From a virus, in the IMG/VR virus record IMGVR_UViG_3300045988_128133: a DNA stretch of 64,000 nt; one strand, 5' to 3'. The notes under the pieces were generated by a model. It had not been told where the DNA came from, searched no databases, and saw only the letters and a program-made list of their open reading frames with translations. Position numbers and translations under genes: made by a program. Numbering within the stretch: the stretch's first letter is position 1; each line of letters begins with the position of its first letter. Positions 1 to 8,489 of the stretch are shown here, in pieces.

Positions 1-996
1 AAGGCCAAGACCTATCGGAGCCAGAGCAACATCATGGCATTGTCGGCGGCAGTCCAGAAGATTCCCACCATCATGCTTTCGGCCACCCCGTTCATTACGC
101 CGCTGGATATGAGTGTCCCCGCCACCTATGCCGGATGGATTAAAGACCCCCGTATCGGTTTCTGGATGTGGGCCAGACAGCAGGGATGTACCGAATCTTT
201 TTGGGGTGGGTTGGAATTTAAGTTATCCACTAGAACTCAATCCCTTATGGAGAACCTGAAACGCAAGCTGTTCGATGCGGGCGTTATGACGGAGATTGAC
301 AAGGAAAAGCTTGACACTTTCTTCCCGAAGAATAGAATCGAATATCTGTCCGTTGACGTGGACGTGAAGGGTATGAACAAGATTAAGGCATTGCAGAAAG
401 CTCTGACCAGACTGGACAACGCCTGGGACGAATCTATTGAACGCGCCAATGAGAAAGGTATTGAGCTTCCTGCTGTTGTAGAATTGCTTCGCCTTCGCCA
501 GCAGTCGGAGCTTGCCAAACTTCCCACCATGGCAGAGAAGGCAGTTGAACTGTTGGAGAGCGGATATAGCGTTGCCATCTTTGTCTCCTTCATCGACAGC
601 ATCCTTACCCTTTCGGACCTCATTAACCAGAAGGCCGGAGAGGTGGTTCAGTATTCCGAAATTAGCGGACAGCTGACGGGAACCCAGAGACAAGCAGAAG
701 TCGATAAGTTTCAATCGAATACGACACGGCTCGCTCTCGTTCAGATTAGTGCGGGCGGGACCGGAGTGTCCCTTCATGATACGGACGGCAACTATCCCCG
801 CGCGGCTCTCATCTCCCCGGACTACTCCATTCAGAACCTGTTGCAGGCCCAAGGCCGCATTGCCCGACTGGGTACGAAATCCTCCACGATTCAATATATC
901 GTGACTGCCGCGGACACTGTGGAAGAAAAAATCATCAAAGCACTCAACACTAAGGAAATCTGTTTTAACTCACTGACACACAATGCAAACGAATAA
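1..996 (+). CDS. SNF2/DEAD-like helicase, C-terminal fragment (gene starts upstream of window)
   Basis: Reading frame is open from nt 1. Helicase C-terminal motifs are present: GGTGVSLH (motif V-like) and QAQGRIAR (motif VI). Confidence 0.6.
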   Translation, partial: KAKTYRSQSNIMALSAAVQKIPTIMLSATPFITPLDMSVPATYAGWIKDPRIGFWMWARQQGCTESFWGGLEFKLSTRTQSLMENLKRKLFDAGVMTEIDKEKLDTFFPKNRIEYLSVDVDVKGMNKIKALQKALTRLDNAWDESIERANEKGIELPAVVELLRLRQQSELAKLPTMAEKAVELLESGYSVAIFVSFIDSILTLSDLINQKAGEVVQYSEISGQLTGTQRQAEVDKFQSNTTRLALVQISAGGTGVSLHDTDGNYPRAALISPDYSIQNLLQAQGRIARLGTKSSTIQYIVTAADTVEEKIIKALNTKEICFNSLTHNANE

Positions 997-2218
997 CGAA
1001 AAACCAGCAGACAACTCTGAGGCTACGCACAGCAAGTACAGCCCCAGCAAGATAGCACTCCTTGCTACCTGCCCCGGTTACGTGCCCCGCCCCCTGACAC
1101 AGGAAGAAGAGGAAGATGATTTCTCTCCCTCTGCCGTGGGTACCCGAGTCCACGGAGCCCTGGAAACCCAGAACCCGGATATGCTTCTGACCAAGCATGA
1201 ACGTTCCCTCTACACCGCGGCCAACAATATGGTTGGCATCCTGCGGGGGATGATGGAGAAGGAAGTAGGGACGGCAGACTTTGAAGTCCTGCCCGAACAT
1301 AAGTTCCCCGGAATCCTTTTTAACCCGGACGACCCGGAACAGACGGGGACTGCCGACGTGTTATTCCGACATGGGAATACCTCCATGATTATCGACTACA
1401 AGATGGGCATGGTGCCCGTTTCCAACCCTGAGGTCAATAGCCAATTTATTTACTACGGACTGTTGGAATTTGCGGAACGTCCTGAATGTGAAAGGATTAT
1501 ACTTGCAGTAATTCAACCGAGCCAGCAGGATGCGCTTAAAACCGCCGCCTTCTACCGGACGAAGGAATCACCGACATTTTCTTCCGACATGCCCGCGGTA
1601 CCCATGGGTGCCACGGAAGCCATGAAATCCATTGCCTCAGTTATTATCCGTCATGGCCGTGATGCGGACAACCCGTATGCCTACAGCTCATCCCCCCATG
1701 TCTGCCCTTACTGCGACCGACTGGCAACCTGTAAGAAGATTACCAGCATGGCCCGTAACTTCTCCCTCAAAGTATTGAAGGACAAGGATTTAGCGGAGGG
1801 GATGATTGACAGCGTAGGCACTGCCATGGACAACCCGGAAACCCTGGGCTCCCTTCTCTCCTTCGCAAGCATTATTGGGGAGGCGAATAAGGTGCATAAG
1901 GATTATGCCAAGACCCTGTTCGCCTGTGGGGTAGATGTACCCGGATGGAAGTACGCGAGCCGCGGGAATACGATTAAGGTGGACAACGATACGTTCCGCG
2001 CCTATGTCGAACAGCATCTATCCCCGGAAGAGATTCTGGACACTGTTTCCCGGCTTCCCGTAGCTAAGCTCCTTGACATCGTACTGGAACGAACCGCGGT
2101 CGAGGGAGCGAGCAAGGCAGAGAAGAAAGCCGCTAAGGAACTCCTGTTGAAGGACTTGCAGGACCTGGGCATTGTCCGCGAAGTGAAGAGCGCAATGGCT
2201 CTGCTGAAAATGAAGTAA
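983..2218 (+). CDS. PD-(D/E)XK nuclease with 4-Cys cluster (Cas4/RecB-like exonuclease)
   Basis: Motifs D...IDYK and QFIYY (Q-x3-Y). One N-terminal Cys plus C-terminal CPYCDRLATC (CxxCx5C) fits the Fe-S arrangement of Cas4/AddB-type nucleases. Confidence 0.55.
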   Translation: MQTNNEKPADNSEATHSKYSPSKIALLATCPGYVPRPLTQEEEEDDFSPSAVGTRVHGALETQNPDMLLTKHERSLYTAANNMVGILRGMMEKEVGTADFEVLPEHKFPGILFNPDDPEQTGTADVLFRHGNTSMIIDYKMGMVPVSNPEVNSQFIYYGLLEFAERPECERIILAVIQPSQQDALKTAAFYRTKESPTFSSDMPAVPMGATEAMKSIASVIIRHGRDADNPYAYSSSPHVCPYCDRLATCKKITSMARNFSLKVLKDKDLAEGMIDSVGTAMDNPETLGSLLSFASIIGEANKVHKDYAKTLFACGVDVPGWKYASRGNTIKVDNDTFRAYVEQHLSPEEILDTVSRLPVAKLLDIVLERTAVEGASKAEKKAAKELLLKDLQDLGIVREVKSAMALLKMK

Positions 2219-2225
2219 AAAGTTG

Positions 2226-2253
2226 TTGACATTTTCGGAAGTTCTGATATGTT
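2226..2253 (+). promoter_or_regulatory. sigma70-like promoter TTGACA-N16-TATGTT
   Basis: ttgacattttcggaagttctgatatgtt, about 80 nt upstream of the ATG at 2335. Confidence 0.5.
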
Positions 2254-2334
2254 CACTTCCACCGAGAGGTTAAGAGGGCGGTTCACTCGCTAAAGAAATT
2301 CCCTCAACTCGAATACAAGAATACTAGAATACAT

Positions 2335-3096
2335 ATGGCAACCGTAAGAAATACAAGTAACCCCGACACGCAGGACGAAGCCCTTGACCTCTGCACCACT
2401 GAAAAGCAGGAGCTTGCCACTGCCGAAACCTATCAGTCCTTTGAAGGTGAAACGGACGCGTCCGACATCCAGATTCCCTACCTCAAACTCTGGCAGGCCT
2501 CCTGTGAGGAAGCCAAGCTTGAGGAACCTGTAGGTAGCCTTGGTGCCTTCCTCCTTAACGGTCTCGTTGTCGCCGAGCGCAATAATCCTTTGGAATGCAT
2601 TGTGCTGAAAGCCAAAAAGTTTTTCCGGGAATACATCCCGTTCAACGAGCGTCAGCCTGGAGTCTTCGCCAAGTCCTGGAATACCAAGGAAGAATACGAA
2701 GCCGAAGGCTACGACAAGTCCCAGGTCAACCGCGCCCTGGCCATGTGGCTCCTGATTAAGAAGCCCGAAGGTATTAAGGATGCCTCCACCACGGAGGATG
2801 ACCTTGATGCTCTCTTCACGATTGACTTCATGGGTGCCCAGTGGACCCTTGCCCGCTACACCCCGGAAGGTAATCAGTACACAGGTGTTGGGGCTCCCTT
2901 CATTCAGTTCATGATGCTGAAGGGTGCCAAGACGGGTTCTCTCGCTTACCGTGTCCAGATTGGAGCTCAGCGTGCTGTAAGCCGCGATGGTAAGAACAGC
3001 TACGCGAAAGCGTTCCTTAAGTTCAAACCCCATCCCGTTGAAGGCCAGGTGGAGGCCATTCAGGAGATGGGCCTACTCTCCGCAGTCGCCAAGTAA
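2335..3096 (+). CDS. hypothetical protein; possible recombination/annealing partner of the upstream nuclease (position only)
   Basis: 253-aa ORF with coding-like composition, lying between the nuclease and the RuvC-like gene. No motif recognised. Confidence 0.4.
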   Translation: MATVRNTSNPDTQDEALDLCTTEKQELATAETYQSFEGETDASDIQIPYLKLWQASCEEAKLEEPVGSLGAFLLNGLVVAERNNPLECIVLKAKKFFREYIPFNERQPGVFAKSWNTKEEYEAEGYDKSQVNRALAMWLLIKKPEGIKDASTTEDDLDALFTIDFMGAQWTLARYTPEGNQYTGVGAPFIQFMMLKGAKTGSLAYRVQIGAQRAVSRDGKNSYAKAFLKFKPHPVEGQVEAIQEMGLLSAVAK

Positions 3097-3151
3097 GCGG
3101 CTCGCCTCATTGCCTTTGATTTTTCCATAGTTTAGTGTTTAGCACTAGGAG

Positions 3152-3193
3152 TCCCCCTGTTGCGCTGGGAAGCGTGGCAGGGGGTTTTCTTTA
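3152..3193 (+). terminator. rho-independent terminator
   Basis: CCCCCTG...CAGGGGG hairpin followed by TTTTCTTT. Confidence 0.55.
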
Positions 3194-3196
3194 GGC

Positions 3197-3225
3197 TTGA
3201 CTATCCTCCGTTTCTTCGGTATATT
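3197..3225 (+). promoter_or_regulatory. sigma70-like promoter TTGACT-N17-TATATT
   Basis: Ends 5 nt before the ATG at 3231, so the transcript would be leaderless or nearly so. Confidence 0.45.
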
Positions 3226-3230
3226 CCCGA

Positions 3231-3746
3231 ATGCAACTGGTAGCATGTGACCCCGGAGTCCACGGAGCCCTTGTACTCGCGGACACCCAGCAGAAAAAAA
3301 TCTACGTACAAAATATGCCGGAAGATACCCATGAGTTGGAAGGGCTCCTGAATCGGCTTCCTCGCCACAAGCATCGCAAGCTCGTAATTGAGAAGATGAG
3401 CTACGCTATGAGCGGAGGCGGTAAGGTGAGCAACCCCCGAAGCTCTGGAATCCTGGGCTATGCTACTGGGCGCGTTGTCGGTTATGCCGCCGCCTGCGGA
3501 TATGAGCTGACGGAAGTTCCCCCTGTCAAATGGATGCGGGCTGTTGGAGCCTACGATACGGGCCTGACTGCGCGGGATAGAACCCGCTGGAAGAACAACC
3601 TTAAACAGATAGCAATGGAGAACTTTCCGGGAGTGAAGGTAACGCTACAGAACGCGGATGCCCTGCTTATTCTCCTGTGGGCCTACCGCGAACTCAATGG
3701 CGACCACACCCTGACCCTTGACTCCTGGGATATTGTTCGACTCTGA
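3231..3746 (+). CDS. RuvC-like Holliday junction resolvase
   Basis: N-terminal VACDPGVHGALVLAD resembles the RuvC/YqgF catalytic start (G-x-D-P-G). 171 aa. Confidence 0.5.
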   Translation: MQLVACDPGVHGALVLADTQQKKIYVQNMPEDTHELEGLLNRLPRHKHRKLVIEKMSYAMSGGGKVSNPRSSGILGYATGRVVGYAAACGYELTEVPPVKWMRAVGAYDTGLTARDRTRWKNNLKQIAMENFPGVKVTLQNADALLILLWAYRELNGDHTLTLDSWDIVRL

Positions 3747-3749
3747 ATT

Positions 3750-5585
3750 ATGGCAAGACATTTTACACGATATGGGAGGCAATGGGAATACGGAGTCTCC
3801 GAACTGGATATTGAGCTTTGGTGCTTCAAATATGACTGGCCTGTAGAGAAGGGTGGTCTGGGCCGATACGGCCATGCCCACAATGCGATTGACCTGCTCT
3901 GGAATTACGAGGGTAGTCCGACTCCTATTACCTGGACTCCCTGGCTGGAGCAAATGATAGAGACCGCATCGAAGTACAACGTCTGCATTATGGGTGGCGG
4001 TTCCTCCTGTGGGAAGTCCCTGTCCATGGCCATCATGGCCCTGCTCTTCTATCTGGCTGACCCTATTGACACTCTGTGTCTCGTCACCTCTACCACCATT
4101 GAAGGTGCGAAGAAACGTATCTTCAAGGATATTAAGAGGTTATGGCGTAAGGAGTTTCCTGGCAAACTCGTTGATGGTAAGGGCCAGATTAAAGGTATTA
4201 ACGAGGAAGGAGATATTGATGACTCCCGCGGCATCTCCATTATTCCCTGTGCCAACGTTGGCGACCCCAGTTCCCGGTTCATTGGTATTAAAGCAAAGAA
4301 CATGCACGTCTTCTATGACGAGCTTTCCGAATTGCCCATTGAACTGGTGGAAGTCTGGCGCACCAACCTTATCACCAACCGCGCAGACACGCCCCCCACA
4401 CTGATGGCCGCTTCCAACCCCAAGAGCCGCACAGATGCTTTCGGGGTGATGGCCATGCCGAAGGATGGTTGGAACTCCGTTGATATTTTCGAAGAGTACT
4501 CCTGGGAGACTAAGGACGGGATTTACATCCGCTTCGACAACACCCAAAACCCGCGAATCAAATACAAGCGCGAAGACTGGAGCTTCTATACTCCGCTCGA
4601 CATTGTTCAGCAGACTATCGAACAGTACGGGGAAAACAGCCCGTTCGTCCTCCGGTTCCACAAGGCCACCTTCTCTGACGACGCTGAAGAAGGTAGCCTT
4701 ATGTCGGAAGCGGAAATTTACGGGAGTGGAGCGGACGCTATGCCTGTCTGGGGTGAAGGTGAACTTATCACCATTGCGGGCCTCGACCCTGCCTACACTA
4801 ATGGAGGGGACCAGACCTGCCTAAAACTCGCGAAGGTAGGGAAGACCGTGGAAGGTCTCTGGGCCTGTGCCGTTACTCAGACATTCCTGCTCAAATCCAC
4901 CAGAGCCAAGGAGAAGATGAAACAGCGCAACTTCGACATCGCTCAGCAGGTGGGTGAAATTCTTCGTGCCAATAACGTTCAGAGCAAGCACCTTGCCGTT
5001 GACGTTACCGGGGGTACTGGGTTCATCGAGATTCTGGCCCAGCACGTCGGTACGGATTTCCAGACGGTCAGCTTCGCGGGCCAGGCCAGCAAGGTACCGC
5101 TGGGCCTTCTCCAAAATCAGGAAGCGTGTCAGCAGTATTCCAATAAGGTCTCTGAACTGTGGGGGTGCATGAAACTCGCCATTAACGCACGACAGCTGTA
5201 TGGCCTTGACCCTACGACGATTGTGGAGTTGAAGTCCCGCAACTATACCATGAATGGCACCCGTATTTCCGTGGAGCCCAAGGTAGCAATGAAGAAGCGG
5301 ATTCGCAAATCCCCTGACAACGCTGACGCTCTGGCTCTTATTGTCCACGTATGCCGCGGAATCATGGGGCCTGAGTTCGGTAAAATTCGACTTGACATCA
5401 GGAACCAGCAAGTGGTAAAACATGAAGAAGTTATCAAATACCGCACGGACGGCACAGCCTACATCGAAGCCCAGGATATTGGGAGATACCTTGGAGGCTT
5501 TACCCCAGCTACCGAAGCGGACCGACCCAAGCGGGATAATTTCCGCGAGGAAGTGAACCAAGCCATGAATCTGTTATGGACCTGA
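3750..5585 (+). CDS. terminase large subunit
   Basis: 611 aa. Walker A-like GGGSSCGKS, Walker B-like HVFYDELSE, and an acidic C-terminal nuclease-like half. Lies upstream of the portal, scaffold and capsid genes. Confidence 0.6.
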   Translation: MARHFTRYGRQWEYGVSELDIELWCFKYDWPVEKGGLGRYGHAHNAIDLLWNYEGSPTPITWTPWLEQMIETASKYNVCIMGGGSSCGKSLSMAIMALLFYLADPIDTLCLVTSTTIEGAKKRIFKDIKRLWRKEFPGKLVDGKGQIKGINEEGDIDDSRGISIIPCANVGDPSSRFIGIKAKNMHVFYDELSELPIELVEVWRTNLITNRADTPPTLMAASNPKSRTDAFGVMAMPKDGWNSVDIFEEYSWETKDGIYIRFDNTQNPRIKYKREDWSFYTPLDIVQQTIEQYGENSPFVLRFHKATFSDDAEEGSLMSEAEIYGSGADAMPVWGEGELITIAGLDPAYTNGGDQTCLKLAKVGKTVEGLWACAVTQTFLLKSTRAKEKMKQRNFDIAQQVGEILRANNVQSKHLAVDVTGGTGFIEILAQHVGTDFQTVSFAGQASKVPLGLLQNQEACQQYSNKVSELWGCMKLAINARQLYGLDPTTIVELKSRNYTMNGTRISVEPKVAMKKRIRKSPDNADALALIVHVCRGIMGPEFGKIRLDIRNQQVVKHEEVIKYRTDGTAYIEAQDIGRYLGGFTPATEADRPKRDNFREEVNQAMNLLWT

Positions 5586-6250
5586 CAAGCGCATCTAAAA
5601 ACACCACAGCCCCTGTCACTGCCGACTACGACTGGCAGAACACCTTGTACCGCAAAGCATTAAGCCTGTATAAAGCAGGGGCTCCCGTCTCTGTTATTTC
5701 TGAAATCACCGGACTTACGGAGGACAAGGTTAATAAGCTGGTGGACCAGGTGCAACTCTCTCGTGAAGAGTTGACCATAAGGAATCAGCTTCTCAACAGC
5801 TACACCCAGAATACCCAGGCCCGCATCCTGCAACGTCAGGAAGCTCGCACCAAGATTGAGCTTGATATTGTCGAGAACATGAGTGAGCAGTATAAGGGAC
5901 TGATGAACAGTGGGTTTAAGAAGGTTGCCAGCTTCATGGCCGATGCTGACATTGAATCCATTAAGGACGTTCCTCTCTTCCTCTCCATCATGGAACGAAG
6001 CCACGGCTTGTGGGAACGGTTTAACGAAGCCATCGCCAAACGGGATATGGACCTGCTCGCTTCGGTCATTAAACAATTTGAACTTGAACAGACTGAGACG
6101 ATTACCCAGATGGGATTGCAGGGTGGGCCTATAGCTCTCAACAAAGACGGCACTCGTCCAGAGATTAAAGAAAACAGTGCCAGCCGTACTATCACACTTA
6201 AACTCAAGAAGAAAGGTGATAAGCCGGAAGAAGACGTAAAAAATAGTTGA
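5576..6250 (+). CDS. hypothetical protein with N-terminal HTH-like segment
   Basis: KALSLYKAGAPVSVISEITGLTEDKVNKL resembles an HTH. C-terminal half is coiled-coil and charged. Confidence 0.4.
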   Translation: MDLTSASKNTTAPVTADYDWQNTLYRKALSLYKAGAPVSVISEITGLTEDKVNKLVDQVQLSREELTIRNQLLNSYTQNTQARILQRQEARTKIELDIVENMSEQYKGLMNSGFKKVASFMADADIESIKDVPLFLSIMERSHGLWERFNEAIAKRDMDLLASVIKQFELEQTETITQMGLQGGPIALNKDGTRPEIKENSASRTITLKLKKKGDKPEEDVKNS

Positions 6251-6274
6251 CAATTTTGAGGAAGCTCCTATAGT
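6247..6274 (+). promoter_or_regulatory. sigma70-like promoter TTGACA-N16-TATAGT
   Basis: aatagttgacaattttgaggaagctcctatagt, 8 nt upstream of the ATG at 6282. Confidence 0.5.
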
Positions 6275-6281
6275 CAGGTGC

Positions 6282-7034
6282 ATGACCCAAGACGAAAACT
6301 TACACGAACTATTACGTCGTTGGACTCCGGTCACTCTTATCAACCTGCCGGAAGAAATTAAATCACCCGATATTTATCCTGACTACATGGGGAAGGAAAA
6401 GAAACCCCACCCCGTTGGTCAGGAGGTAGGGCTCCTCACTATTGTGGGCTATTCTCACGATGTTAATAAGCCCTACGTATTTAAGTGCGCTTGCGGTAAT
6501 CTGATTAAGGCCTCTTATTCTGGTGCCAGTAAGGTACCTCATTGCGGATGTTTTAGCCAGATTACGCGCACAGCTTATCTCATCCGACTGCGAATTGAGG
6601 CCTTGCGCTCCTGGTGCCAGCAAATGAATGCATGGCTGGACGACCTCAATGCCCTTCGGAATCATGCTAATAAATATAAGGTAAAGTACAGTCAGCATAA
6701 GCAATCCATATCCCCCGTCCTACAGAGGATAGAGTATGCGGATGACCCCCTGACCTTTGACCGGAAAGTCAGCCCGGAGAAGATTACCGACTATGATGTA
6801 TTCATGAAGCTGATAGCTCCCTCTCCCGAATATGAAAAATTCCTCCGGGATATGGTGGACAAACTGGCAAACGTATATGAACCCTGGTCTGCAATACCTA
6901 TGGCAAGTCTTAGTGCCTATGCCAGTTATAAGCGCGAATTGCCAGAATTCGATTCTGCCACCTTCATCAATTTTGTAAATTATCTGATTGACATTAAGAA
7001 CAAACCATGTAAATGTACGTCAGACGATGAGTAA
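6282..7034 (+). CDS. hypothetical Cys-containing protein
   Basis: CACGN...HCGC cysteine pairs. 250 aa. Confidence 0.4.
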   Translation: MTQDENLHELLRRWTPVTLINLPEEIKSPDIYPDYMGKEKKPHPVGQEVGLLTIVGYSHDVNKPYVFKCACGNLIKASYSGASKVPHCGCFSQITRTAYLIRLRIEALRSWCQQMNAWLDDLNALRNHANKYKVKYSQHKQSISPVLQRIEYADDPLTFDRKVSPEKITDYDVFMKLIAPSPEYEKFLRDMVDKLANVYEPWSAIPMASLSAYASYKRELPEFDSATFINFVNYLIDIKNKPCKCTSDDE

Positions 7035-7569
7035 ACCAAAGAAAGGGTCAGGTCCCCTGCGGTCAGAAAACTCGAAACTCTTCACCTCTGTGATGAGGGA
7101 TAAGGAGATATGGGGCAAGTCCTGGAAATATCGACAGTATTATACCTCCTGGATTTCCTCTAGCTCCCTGTCGAAAGCCAATGTTACTGCTACTACTCTA
7201 GTCCCCAAGGCCACTGAAGTGGACAATCCTAGAAAGGATGTCCGTAATGTTCAGCATCTTATGTGCCCCAAGGATATTACGCTTAAAGACGTGCGCCATG
7301 TGTATTTTAGACGAAACATGTTTCAGAACTACATGGGTGTGGCAAAACCTTTAGGAGGGCTGGAGGACCGTAAGTACCCTTACTTCAACTTTCTAATGTA
7401 CGAGCCCATCGTGGAGGCTCAATTCTATTTTCGCTGGTATGCGTTTAGCGCATTGATGACTCACAGGGCTTTCAGCATCCTGCCACCGCAGGCGGCCCTG
7501 TCACTGACGGATGCCGCAGTAGAGGCTTCGTTAGTACCTTCAGAAACTAAACTACACACTGTATTATAA
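7027..7569 (+). CDS. hypothetical basic protein (start moved to ATG 7027 overlapping upstream stop)
   Basis: The ORF-track start at 6988 lies inside the previous gene. ATGAGTAA forms a stop/start overlap. Confidence 0.3.
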   Translation: MSKPKKGSGPLRSENSKLFTSVMRDKEIWGKSWKYRQYYTSWISSSSLSKANVTATTLVPKATEVDNPRKDVRNVQHLMCPKDITLKDVRHVYFRRNMFQNYMGVAKPLGGLEDRKYPYFNFLMYEPIVEAQFYFRWYAFSALMTHRAFSILPPQAALSLTDAAVEASLVPSETKLHTVL

Positions 7570-7575
7570 CCAAAT

Positions 7576-8484
7576 ATGGCAACCATAGTAATCCCGTGTG
7601 AGCCCCGCGTACTCGTTAATGGTACGCGGATTGCTCAAAACCTGCTCGACAGCGTAGCGGTGTCCAGCCGCACTGACCATGAAATCTGGCTTATGCTCCC
7701 GTACCGGGCGAGAGCGGCGGCTGAACCCATGCTCAACCTGTTACGTAATCAGTTCAAGGACCTTCGAACTATCGAACTCCTTACCCCCGTCACTGATAAT
7801 TACAAGCTGGTGACTCACATGTTCGCCCGTCTTCATCAGGCCCTTGCTTACGAGAACGACCTGAACGAGCGTCCCATTATCTGGGTATCTGAACGAGGCA
7901 ATGAAACGTTCCTTCCAGGAGCCATTGATGCCCTGGATGCCGCGTTCTTCCGCAAGAAATGTGATACCGTTGCTGGTAAGTACTTCACTATCCCGGCCAC
8001 GGAATCTTCTAAGGAATCTCACACGCTTGACGGCACGTTCGTCATGTCCAGCCAACTGGCTAAGATTTACCCCCACCGGGTACCTTATGTCACAGTGTCT
8101 CCCCACTTCCGACTCTTCCTTGACAGCGTTCTGACTGAAAAGTGCTACAACGTGGACAACTGGGATGAGCTTATTGAAACCGGAGATATCCCCGACACCA
8201 CCGGGTTTGAACTGCCCCAGGAACTGGGACAAAGCCCAGTAACCACTCTGGCCGAAGTCTCTATTGCCAAGTTTAGCGAAGAGACTGTTAAAATCATGGG
8301 ACAGAGTGAACAGAAGGGAGGACCGACGAAAGCTCGTGAAGACCTCTCTGAGGCCGAAGGCTTAAAGCCCACTGCCCGTGTCGTAGCTCCTAGAGCTGTC
8401 AAGCCTAAAACCAAGAAGGCCATCAAGGAGGATGCCGCAACCGCATCCGTAGATGAAGAAGATTCCGAACCTGAATTCATTTAA
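7576..8484 (+). CDS. hypothetical protein
   Basis: 302-aa ORF with an acidic C-terminus. Confidence 0.4.
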   Translation: MATIVIPCEPRVLVNGTRIAQNLLDSVAVSSRTDHEIWLMLPYRARAAAEPMLNLLRNQFKDLRTIELLTPVTDNYKLVTHMFARLHQALAYENDLNERPIIWVSERGNETFLPGAIDALDAAFFRKKCDTVAGKYFTIPATESSKESHTLDGTFVMSSQLAKIYPHRVPYVTVSPHFRLFLDSVLTEKCYNVDNWDELIETGDIPDTTGFELPQELGQSPVTTLAEVSIAKFSEETVKIMGQSEQKGGPTKAREDLSEAEGLKPTARVVAPRAVKPKTKKAIKEDAATASVDEEDSEPEFI

Positions 8485-8489
8485 CCTCT

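Noticed and set aside
223-894. Long antisense ORFs inside the helicase, portal, scaffold, terminase and ligase genes (e.g. 223..894, 9747..10781, 11095..12279, 4821..5561, 48335..49531)
   Set aside because: They sit entirely within strong sense-strand genes and have low-complexity composition.
5576-6250. Small terminase assignment for the gene after terL
   Set aside because: It is an HTH-like N-terminus only, and the position downstream of terL is atypical. Left as hypothetical.
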